Source: Octopus sinensis (Eukaryota). Taken from it: a DNA stretch of 64,000 nucleotides. The stretch lies in the NCBI RefSeq assembly GCF_006345805.1, contig NC_043006.1:3286001-3350000 (forward strand). Direction: 5' to 3'. Numbering within the stretch: the first letter of the stretch is position 1; the number at the start of each line of letters is the position of its first letter. The position numbers and the translations under genes are program-made. Shown here piece after piece: positions 54,359 through 64,000 of this stretch. Under the pieces are notes generated by a model. It was not told where the DNA came from and searched no databases. It saw nothing but the letters and a program-made list of their open reading frames with translations.

Positions 54359-55639
54359 TGATAGATAGATAGATAGATAGATAGAACTGCAAAATTATAA
54401 TTATATGCAAAAATTGTATAGTTGTGATCAGTTAAATCAGAACAGCAAAGTCAAATTATCAATTATATTTTATTCACTAAACATAAATCAAGATCCAATT
54501 GTATCAAGTTTGTTGAAATATGGTAGTTTATGGTTTCCACGAAAGAGATAATTAAATATCGAAAATATTCGAATGATATATCAGAATATCTAAATCATAT
54601 TACAACAGAGGAATAATAGCTAAAAATTAGATGGTTCATACGATTCGTTATTTAGGAATTGGCTGAGGGTTCTTCAGTTTCTGTGATATCCTAAATGCTT
54701 CATGGTGTAGAGAAAACCAGCTGTTAATGCTGCCCCTTTGTGATGGAAGCATCTTGCAAAAAATAAAAAATAAGTGAAGCCATATGATAGTAAAGGAAAC
54801 TTTCCTCCAGCCATCTCATCGGACATGTTATAAATGTAATACCAACGTATATGGACGAGTTTGGCTAAATAAAGATAATGAAACGGAAGAAGGTCTTGAG
54901 AAGATCATAGTAATAAATTCCATAGCAAGTTTTAAATCTCTCAAGGAAACACCGAAGCGCAGGGATTATGAAGACAGAGAGTCTGCTTAGTTCCCATTCA
55001 TGTGTTCTGTTGTAAATCGCCAGAGTGACTACCTGGCAGATTAAGGGAACTAAGGATTAATTGTTTATTAATAAATACAAGGGGAAAGATAAAGTTAGAG
55101 ATCAGACGAAAATGTTCAAAGGTGCCAGTTTATTACTATATTGGCAGAAGTGTCATTGAAAGAAGGAAGGAAAAATATATAAGAAAACCGAGACAGACAT
55201 AGGATTTGAAACCATGTGGACGAAGATGCACAACAAATCTACACCAGCACCACTGGAATTATGGTTTAATATTATTTGACCGATTACAGCTGAAATCAAA
55301 GAATACCTTTAGTTACTTTATGCAAGAAAGATATTAAGCATGCGAGAAATAAGATGTAGGAGACATTTTATACAGGATCAGCAGCGATTAAACTGAAGTA
55401 ATACAAATAAGAACGATAGCTTTAGCATTATCAATATTATGTAAATTAGCTGAATGCATTTTAAAGAAAGTTATATTGGTGTGCACAACGGATCAATAAA
55501 TTTGAATATTAATTAGACTTGATCTATACCTGGGAATTTCGAGTATTTCCATGGAACAATTACAGCTATCCCCACTCTATGGGAGTGCAATATTAATAAT
55601 TGACTGCGAAATTTTGTAATCAATATTTCTCTCTCTAAG

Positions 55640-56037
55640 TCGGTGAGGTAGCAGAAACGTTAGCACGCCAGACGAAATGCTTAGCGGCATTTCGTTTGCC
55701 GTTACGTTCTGAGTTCAAATTCTGCCGACGTCGACTTGGCCTTTCATCCTTTCGGGGTCGATAAATTAAGTACCAGTGACGCACTGGCGCCGATATAATC
55801 GACTTAATCCGTTTGTCTGTCCTTGTTTGTTCTCTCTGTGTTTAGCCCCTTGAGGGTAGTGAAGAAATAGGTATTTCGTCTGCCGCTACGTTCTGAGTTC
55901 AAATTCCGTCGATATCGACTTTGCCTTTCATTCTTTCGGGGTAGATAAATTAAGTACCAGTTGCGTATTGGGGCCGATCTAATCGACGAGCCCCCTTCCC
56001 TGAAAATTTCGGGCCTTGTACCTAGAGTAGAAAAGAA
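55640..56037 (+). mobile_element. SINE family C, internally duplicated (dimer-like)
   Basis: Two copies of ATTTCGT.TGCCG.TACGTTCTGAGTTCAAATT...GCCTTTCAT.CTTTCGGGGT.GATAAATTAAGTACCAG. Confidence 0.88.
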
Positions 56038-56164
56038 TATTTCTCTCTCTGACATCCCAGATAAATTTTACAAGAGAAGATCTCAGAGCTTTATTTTTAT
56101 TATTAAAGGAATGTATAAGTTTGGTAGAATTCGCAGGCTGCATGGCATGCTTTATTCTTCTGTT

Positions 56165-56367
56165 CTTTTAGTTGTTTCAGTCATATGACTGCGACCATGC
56201 TGGAGCACCGCCTTTTTTCGAACAAATCGACCCCAGGACTTATTTTTCGTAAGCCTAGTGCTTATTCCATCAGTCCCTTTTACAGAACCACTAAGAAACG
56301 GGGACGTAAACATACCAGCATCGGTTGTCAAGTGATGGTGGGGAACAAACACAGACGCACAAACATA

Positions 56368-56440
<73 letters not shown>

Positions 56441-56608
56441 GCACACACATATACCACGGGCTTCTTTCAGTTTCCGTTTACCAAATCCACTCACAAGGCT
56501 TTGGTCCGCCCGCAGCTATAGTAGAAGACACTTGCACAAGGTGCAACGTACTGGGACTGAGCCCGCAACCGTGTGGCTGGTAAGCAAGCTATTTACCACA
56601 CAGCCACT
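56165..56608 (-). mobile_element. tRNA-derived SINE, family A
   Basis: Full head, (CA)n insert and tail. Confidence 0.9.
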
Positions 56609-57732
56609 GATACATGTTAAAGATTTTACTATGAATGCTAGAAGAGGCGTTATATATGTATACATGTATGTATGTATGTATGCATGTATGTATGTATGTA
56701 TGTATGTATGTATGTATGTATGTATGTATGTATGTATGTATGTATATATGTGTGTATGTTTGTATGTATGTATGTATGTATGTATGTATGTATGTATACA
56801 TGATCTTAAAGATCATATATATATACAATGCTACATTAATTCCAAAAAGGAGACTATACCATATAATATTTTTCTACCAGTATTACCGCTGTTGAGATTG
56901 ATGTTGCTGATCCTAAATTTACTCATTACACACACACACGCATGTACGCATGCGCGCATGTACGCATGCGCGCATGCACGCACGAACGCTCACAAGCTCG
57001 TACACACGCACGCACGCACACACACACACACACACAAACACACACAGACGCACGCATATATATATATATACACATATATACACATATATACGTATGTGTA
57101 TATAATATGTGTGTGTATATATAAGTTATGTTTGTATGTATGGGTCTATATAATTAATATTATATATACTATGTATAATATAATTATATGTATATATATG
57201 TATATATATATATGTTATATCTATATATATATATATATATAAGTAATTAAATAACTATAATTCTTTTTATGATATAGCCTGCATTAAATATGGCTACAGG
57301 AACTTCAAAATATATATATAATATCTATTTGTAAAAAATATATATATATATATTTTGTATATATATATGAAGTTTTCGAAATGCTGCTGTCTTATACGAA
57401 TTTTTAATTTTTTATAATAACATTATAACATGTTTCATGTTCCTGAAATGAACCTTATCACAAAAAGTTTATATAAAAAAAGACAGCTTCATGCCGTCAA
57501 ACACAAGAAATTCATTTATAATACACAACGGAGTCAGACATCTTAGAGTTCATGTATAGTTGATATATAGTTCATGTATAGTTGATATATAGTTTGAAGT
57601 ATATGTTCAAAGTGTTCGATGCAGTGGCCCACGGTGGCGATACGTATTCAATACAAAAAACAGATCAAAGTGGTGGAAAGCGGTCAATACAGAAGATTGA
57701 TGTTTCCGAAAGAGCGAGGAATTCATTTTTAC

Positions 57733-57910
57733 CTTAAGCAATTGTGATGACCCATGTGGATGTTCGCTGGGTGGTTCTAGTGAGTTTTTGTGAAGTGCTC
57801 GGTTTTATAATGCCTGTTAGATGGTCAATCCAGCGTAGCGTGACGTCATCAACGTTTTGACCAATCGTTTCGTTAGGTGGCTTTAGTCAAGTAGAACGGG
57901 ACGTCATCAT
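57733..57910 (-). promoter_or_regulatory. Possible CRE/CCAAT promoter and short first exon
   Basis: Full CRE TGACGTCA (57841), CCAAT (57861), GACGTCAT (57900), CpG-richer unique DNA, minus-strand donor AAG|GTAAAA at 57733; motifs only. Confidence 0.3.
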
Positions 57911-57916
57911 TATTTT

Positions 57917-57961
<45 letters not shown>

Positions 57962-58420
57962 CATATATACATCATACATACATACATATAATACATACAA
58001 TACACATACATACATATGTGCATACATATGTACATACATACATATTTATATATATATAGATAGATAATCATTTGTGTGTGTGTGTGTGATACCTGTATGT
58101 GAGTGTATTTATATTTATACTGTAAAATACAGTATAATTAGTTGCTATAGTGTATTTGTATGCTTAGTGTCACGGAAAATGTTCTGACTACTTTTGGATA
58201 TCTTTGAGCAGAACCTGTAGTCACAGCATTTATGTAAACATAATTTACAAACGTTTTGAATCGTTCTCGAAAATATTTCGACTTTCCAGAAGATTTAGCA
58301 AATAGATACGCCCTGAGAAAAGTTTTAATAACATACGTTTATATAAAAGTAATGTTGAATGAGACTTGTGCCTGTATGCCTGAACTATATATACACCCAC
58401 ATATACACATACTATAGTAT

Positions 58421-58517
58421 AGGAGTAGCTGTGTGGTAAGTAGCTTGCTTACCAACCACATGGTTCTGGTTTCAGTCCCACTGCGTGGCACCTCAGGCAG
58501 GTGTCTTCTGCAATAGT
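58421..58517 (+). mobile_element. SINE family A, head
   Basis: AGGAGTAGCTGTGTGGTAAGTAGCTTGCTTACCAACCAC. Confidence 0.8.
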
Positions 58518-58632
58518 ATGCATGCATGCATACATGTATCTACGTATGTATGTAAATATGCATGTATGCATGCTTATATTTATCTATATACGTATGAGTA
58601 TATATATATATATATATTATATATATATGTAA

Positions 58633-58945
58633 TATGATATAGTGTATATTTAAACGCATAAGGAATCCACTTATAGGAATTCAACACGCTAGAAAGAACA
58701 GCTAGGTAGCTAGGTTCTATAATCACAAAAATTAGGGATAGATGGTAAAAAAACATTTTACCATCTAGTTTCCTGGACCAATTGGCTTCTGATTTTAGTT
58801 TAGCGAGTCAAGGAATTCCTATAGGTTGAATTCCTACAAGTGGATTCCTCATGTGTTTAAATATACACTATATCGTATGACTAATATATAGTCTTTTGAA
58901 CTAAATTTTTTACACGTTAGACCACTGGAAATGTAAATTTTAATT
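58633..58945. mobile_element. Small non-coding inverted-repeat element related to 59009-59659
   Basis: IR 58633-58685 / 58825-58877; shares AGGAA...ATAGG.ATTCA..C.CTAGAAA.AACAGC and AAAAAACATTT(T)ACC with the neighbour; (TA)n flanks. Confidence 0.6.
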
Positions 58946-58961
58946 AATTTCTATTTCCCTT

Positions 58962-59008
<47 letters not shown>

Positions 59009-59010
<2 letters not shown>

Positions 59011-59654
59011 CACAATCAAGGAACGGCCATAATAGGCCATTCACCCACTAGAAATAACAGCCAAAAGCTTTAACCGCAAAATAACATCAATTCCGTAAAC
59101 TAGGAGAAAATTAAAAAACATTTACCCTGTAATTTCTTATACGATGCACCGCTTCGTCTACTGTTTAATGGTAAACTAACCTGATTAAATTAAATCAAGC
59201 CAATCTATCATAGGCCCTTAGATTCATCAGTAAGAAATAGCCAAGTCGGAACAGATATTTTTCACGAGGCATTCCCGTCCCTGCCTCGGCAATATCTGAC
59301 CTAAAATTTTCAAATCATCGCACTCGCGCCAAATTTATCGGCAGCAAATAAATATAAGCCGCCGATTCCATTACGGAATTAACCAGAAAATTCATAATTA
59401 ATCAATATAGGGTGGCAAAAAAAAATTTTGTAGAATTTTTTTGCCACCAGCGGCCTAGTGGGAAAAAATTAAATAGTCATAGACCATTTTTAAGTTCAAC
59501 ATCACAATCAAGGAACGGCCATAATAGGCCATTCACCCACTAGAAATAACAGCCAAAAGCTTTAACCGCAAAATAACATCAATTCCGTAAACCAGGAGAA
59601 AATTAAAAAACATTTACCCTGTAATTTCTTATACGATGCACCGTTTCGTCTACT

Positions 59655-59659
<5 letters not shown>
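59009..59659 (-). mobile_element. Retrozyme-like non-coding element: 492-bp unit plus 159-bp direct repeat
   Basis: 59009-59167 and 59501-59659 are identical except two positions; no ORF; (TA)n on both flanks; contains a hammerhead and several hairpins. Confidence 0.8.
59132..59238 (-). ncRNA. Type I hammerhead ribozyme
   Basis: ATTTCTTA-CTGATGA-A-TCTA...TAGA-C-GAAG-CGGTGCATCG-TA-TAAGAAAT: 8-bp stem I, core, near-palindromic stem III, GUA site; the repeat copy has canonical GAAA. Confidence 0.8.
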
Positions 59660-59726
<67 letters not shown>

Positions 59727-59772
59727 GTATATACGTATTTATATATGTATGTATGTATGTATGTATGTTTGT

Positions 59773-60330
59773 AACGGGAAGCTTTATGAAAATAAACAAA
59801 TGACGAAGGCAGGTGGAATACAAACAAACAATTGTATTAGTATGGCGCTCAGGAATATAAATAAAACAAGTCTTTTACGTTTCGAGCCTACGCTCTTCGA
59901 CAGAAAGATACACAGAAAAGAAACACGGAGAGAAACAAGGAGAGAAAAAAAGTGCGTGCAGAAGCTAGCGAATCAACATGGCGAGTATGGTTTTCAACGG
60001 CTTTTAGTAGTGGGGCTCTGGCTCTGGTTTTGTAGCTCTATTGTTTTAAAGAATGTGAATCCACCTCTTAGCCACTATTGTTGCCCGGTCTATCCTGACC
60101 TTGATTTGTGACTCCTTACAGTATCGGACCTTTAGCTGTTGTCACAGCATCATTCTTGGAGGGGAACACTCTAATGTAAATCTGCGGTTGTATATGATTA
60201 CGAGACATCTTGTTTTGGCTTGTCACGAGGTACGAATCACAGAATCTCAGAGAGTGGAACTCGTGTTGTTTAAGTGCTTATCACTATAATCTTGTGATGT
60301 ATGGATGTTTTTTTTTGTGCTGACCTCATT
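59773..60330 (-). mobile_element. Penelope-like 3' fragment (degraded GIY-YIG tail plus terminal repeat)
   Basis: Degraded GIY-YIG C-terminal remnant (NTRVPLSE..., IQPQIY) followed by the same terminal sequence as 43568 and 23041. Confidence 0.65.
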
Positions 60331-60399
60331 TATAATTTGTTATTCTATTTACTGGAACTAGCAAGTTATGTTTGACCTCTCATCTGAGAGTTCATAGAC

Positions 60400-60815
60400 A
60401 GAATGTCAGAAATGCCATTGAGAACGAGGAAGCACAAGGAGACAGTAATCACCAAAATCATAAAGTGTAAACTACACACCGTCGTCAACAATTGTATGCG
60501 CTACCTCCTCAACGTCTTGTGGAAAAGTTTCAAATAGAAGTATTTGAGATAGAACGAACCAAACCCCATTCAATCAAGATATCCTGAAAAGGAAATAGGG
60601 TTGGATTGGTTACACTCTAGCAGCACTGCAAGACAAGTGTCAATCTAAAAGGAAAAGGAAAGACGGACGACTAAGAAGGCCTGGAAAGGATGTGTGGAGG
60701 ATGAAGCGAAAGCAGTGGATCTCGCTTGGTCTGAAATCAAGGGAATAGGCCAATATCGCATCCACTGGCATGAAATGATCACGGCCCTTTGCTCCTTACA
60801 GAATAATGTGGACTA
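60400..60815 (+). mobile_element. RTE-clade LINE 3' remnant
   Basis: RK.GWIGYTL...KGKGK.GR.KKAWKGCVEDEAKAVDLAWSEIK...RIHWHEMITALCS. Confidence 0.72.
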
Positions 60816-61399
60816 AGAACATTGTAACATACGGTGTATATTTATGAGCAACGGGAAATATATAACAACAGATACTGATTGATTGTATAAGGGAAGTATT
60901 AAGCCCGAGTATAAATCCAACAACCAGTGGTTCTAATCTTAAACACACCGCAATTTGCTGTTGTTCCGGTGTAATTGTCTTGACAAACCCCCTTCATTTC
61001 CAGTTTGTTTTAAAATCATTTTCAATACATTTAATTCTAATAAACATATTTAATATTATTACTGGCGGCATGAATGTATTTTAAGACATTAATAAATAAA
61101 TTATTTTTAAAGATTAAACATTACGTCAATGGATCAATGAAGTGAATGATATGAATTAAAAAATATTATAAACTTCAGAGAGATACAGAGAAGAAAAGGG
61201 AGGGGGAAGAGGGCAAATTGTTTTGAATAGCAACGTGGATGAGGGGGGGGGAGTAAATAAAACATCAAATAGAAGAAAAAAGCAACCAAAGTGTTTTGAA
61301 ATATGAAAACAAAACGAGAAATATTGCTGGAATGGCGGACAAAGAAAGTAGATTGGTAGTGATAAAAGCGGGAAAAGCTGTATATGCGTGGTCGTGAGA

Positions 61400-62030
61400 A
61401 TGTGCATGAAAGAGAGGGGGGAGGGGGAAAGAGAACAACAAAGAGAGAAAGCAAGAAAAGAAAGAGAAAGAGAGAGAGAGAGAGAAATCTTAAGGGAGAG
61501 CGAGAGAGAGAAAAGGAGAGAGATCTTAAGGAAGAGCGAGAGAGAGAAAGAGAAAAGAAGAGTGAAAAAGAGAGAGCAAGGGAGAGAGAGTGGAGAAGAG
61601 AGAGAGAAAATGAGAGAGTGAGAGAGAGAGGGAGAGTAAGCGAGAGAGAAAGCGAGACAGAAAGACAAAGAGAAAGCGAGAGGAAGAGAGAGCTGAGGGG
61701 AAGTGAGAGAGAAAATAGGGAGAGAGGGCGAGGAAAAGAGAAAGAAAGAAATAGAGGGAACTGAAGAGAAAGTGGGAGAGATAAAGATAGGGAGGAAGAG
61801 AGAGAAACAGAGACGGAGATATGAAGAGAGAGAGAGAGAGAAACAGAGACGGAGATATGAAGAGAGAGTGAGAGAGAGAAAGAAAGATATGAAGAGTGAA
61901 TGAAAATTAGAGAAACAGCAGAAGAGAAAGTGAAAGAGATGAAACGAAAATGAGAGAGAGAGAAAGGAAGAGAAAGAGAGATAGGCAAAGGAAAATGGAA
62001 AGAAGAGCACACGAGAAGAGGACTATATTG
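61400..62030. repeat. Polypurine (GA-rich) tract with short internal duplications
   Basis: Directly visible; source of the spurious 306/284-aa LS-rich ORFs. Confidence 0.92.
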
Positions 62031-62352
62031 AAAAAATGGTGAATGAATATTCACAGATCAGTTGTTGATTTCGATGTTGAAGTTGTTCAAGCGCAGGTCA
62101 GCAGCGATCAAGCCGAGCTATGATGAAAGATATCCCAGTCGAGTGCATTAATATAAAGTTTCTCTCGTGGTAGCTACAGCAGTAAAGCTTGTTCTAACAG
62201 AACATCCTCCTTTAAGCAGGGATAAATATTACCTTTTGATGTTAATACTTCCTCTGTCGCTAATATATATGATATAAAATTATGAATTTTTTGTGTAATG
62301 AGATAAAAAAAACCCAAGGCTGTATAGATATTAGAGCATTTATAGATAGAAG

Positions 62353-62407
62353 GTCTTACAGCTGTTTCTAGAATATCAATTAATAATAATATTCCTTCAT
62401 CGGAGAC
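62353..62407 (-). ncRNA. Minimal hammerhead motif (Penelope-type), core mutated
   Basis: GTCT-CCGATGA-A-GGAATAT...ATATTCT-A-GAAA-CAGCTG-TA-AGAC; palindromic stem III; U4>C change in the core. Confidence 0.6.
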
Positions 62408-62594
62408 GGTGTGAGAGGAAAAATTAAGTCATAGTTAGTTTCGATGTGATATAAATATGATATAAAATTATCTATGAGTAAATTATGCAAAGAGTTCTTA
62501 GCTTTTAAGATATGGTCAACGGTAATTAAACTTTGAATGATCTGAGGATCGCGAATTCAAGTCCTGCAGACACTCAAAGTTATTTATATAGGTA

Positions 62595-62830
62595 CAGGTA
62601 TGGCTGTGAAATAAGAAGTTTGCTTCCCAACCATATTGTTTCGGATTCACTCACAATGCGGGGCACCTTGGTTAAATGTCTTCTAGTGTAACCTCGGGTC
62701 GATCAAAGCTTTGTGAGTAGACTTGATTGATGAAAACTCTAAGATCGATTTGGTCGACTAAACCCCGCTCAAGGCAGTAACTCAGCATGATGGCGGTCTA
62801 ACGACTAAAATAAGTAAAAGGTAAAAAGAT
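62595..62830 (+). mobile_element. SINE family A, degenerate
   Basis: GGCTGTGAAATAAGAAGTTTGCTTCCCAACC...CAGCATGATGGCGGTCTAACGACT. Confidence 0.7.
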
Positions 62831-63404
62831 GCAACAAAGCATGTGCGCGCATGTATGTGCGCAGACGTGCCTGCGTGGATGAGACTGTGACGCGCCCACG
62901 TGTGGCTGTGACTATGTGCGGACGTGACTGTATGCGTGTGCGTGGGCGGATAAGCCATATGCATTTCATAGAGCATTGGTTTTCGTAGCAATAGACGCAT
63001 TTGTGGTTTCCGTTTGCCTCACTCTACTGTCCTGTCAAACTATAGGCCGAGTGCTTCTGTGATTTCCGAACTCTGACAACATTTTTATAAAAATATTTCA
63101 ATCCCAACAATTAAAAGTGAAAACAAGTGATATAGGAAAATTACAAAAACAAAAAAAGAAAAACAAAACAATGTGGATTTAAATGCGTCACGAAAATTAG
63201 AGCGAGTTGATAAATTAGAACTAGGCATCCCAGTAGCACGTGTTTGTGAAATTTACGGCGTAAAAAGCAACGTTTTAATATTACGTAAATCAAATGCCAA
63301 ATTGCAAGTTTTCTTTAAGCTGTGACTCTAATTGGGGAGTAAAAATACACGAAAGTTGAACATGATAAAGTTGTGTAAACCCTGAGTGAATTGTAGATGA
63401 ATTC

Positions 63405-63625
63405 AGGCGGCGAGCTGACAGAGTCATTAGTGTGCTGGACAAAATGTTTGGTGGCATTTCTTCAGTCACTTTATGTTCTGACGAAGCCCAAATACGAGTG
63501 GGGTCGATTTGGCCTTTCATCTTTTCGGAGTCGACAAAATAAGTACCAGTTAAACACTGAGGTCGATGTAAACGACTAAATTCCTCCCCATAAAATTGTT
63601 GGCTTCGCGCCATAATTAGAAAGAA
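63405..63625 (+). mobile_element. SINE family C, degenerate
   Basis: GGCGGCGAGCTGACAGA...GGCCTTTCATCTTTTCGGAGTCGACAAAATAAGTACCAG. Confidence 0.78.
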
Positions 63626-64000
63626 TTAACATACGAAGTCTCGAAATAAAATTCCCATGTCAAACTCTTGGAAAATTCATGGAACTTAAAGCTGGCTGTC
63701 TTCATGTTTGGACAAGAAACACGTGACTGTTCTATTTTAGAAAAGAGCACATTTTGAACGTGAAAATCTGTGCTGGACCTGTATAAACCATTTGCAGGTT
63801 GGGGTATTTAGAAAATTCATAAAAGAACTTATATTTGACGGCTTTATTTCTTGACAGATATACAATGTTGATGAAGATATTCCTAAAGATAGACTTGGCA
63901 ACAAATATGAACGTAGCACTCTTCGTCACCAGGGAAGTAAGGAATATATTTTTGCCTTATCAAGTGCAAATGATGATTACTGGATCACATGATACGCATA

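Noticed and set aside
61134-62054. 306-aa and 284-aa hydrophobic LS/F-rich ORFs
   Set aside because: Antisense reading of a GA-rich simple tract; no domain structure.
63858-63992. Possible plus-strand exon IYNVDEDIPKDRLGNKYERSTLRHQG after TTTCTTGACAG
   Set aside because: No recognisable homology, at the window edge, and could be decayed transposon sequence.

Overview
Eukaryotic, AT-rich, microsatellite-dense intronic/intergenic DNA with the SINE repertoire typical of an octopus (coleoid cephalopod) genome; the organism is inferred, not verified. No host protein-coding gene can be called with confidence; only weak hints of minus-strand exons and a CRE/CCAAT promoter were seen. Most ORFs in the track are microsatellite artefacts. 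The real content is mobile DNA: a near-intact CR1-group LINE (APE+RT, 15.7-18.9 kb, minus), a near full-length but broken R4/Dong-type RLE LINE in (TAA)n (39-43 kb), further R4/Dong-type copies stacked in (TACA)n and (TAA)n, a Tx1/L1-type 3' fragment in (GATA)n, an ORF1-only Tx1-like element inserted with a TSD into a SINE head, Hero, RTE and Penelope remnants, mariner/Tc1, hAT and Helitron derivatives, and many tRNA-derived SINEs. The most interesting signal is a set of small non-coding elements sitting in (TA)n tracts that carry type I hammerhead ribozyme motifs. One is a 492-bp, highly base-paired, retrozyme/viroid-like unit in partial tandem (59.0-59.7 kb); others are long palindromes (21.6, 22.6, 30.8 kb). 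Each retroelement class appears to occupy its own microsatellite type.
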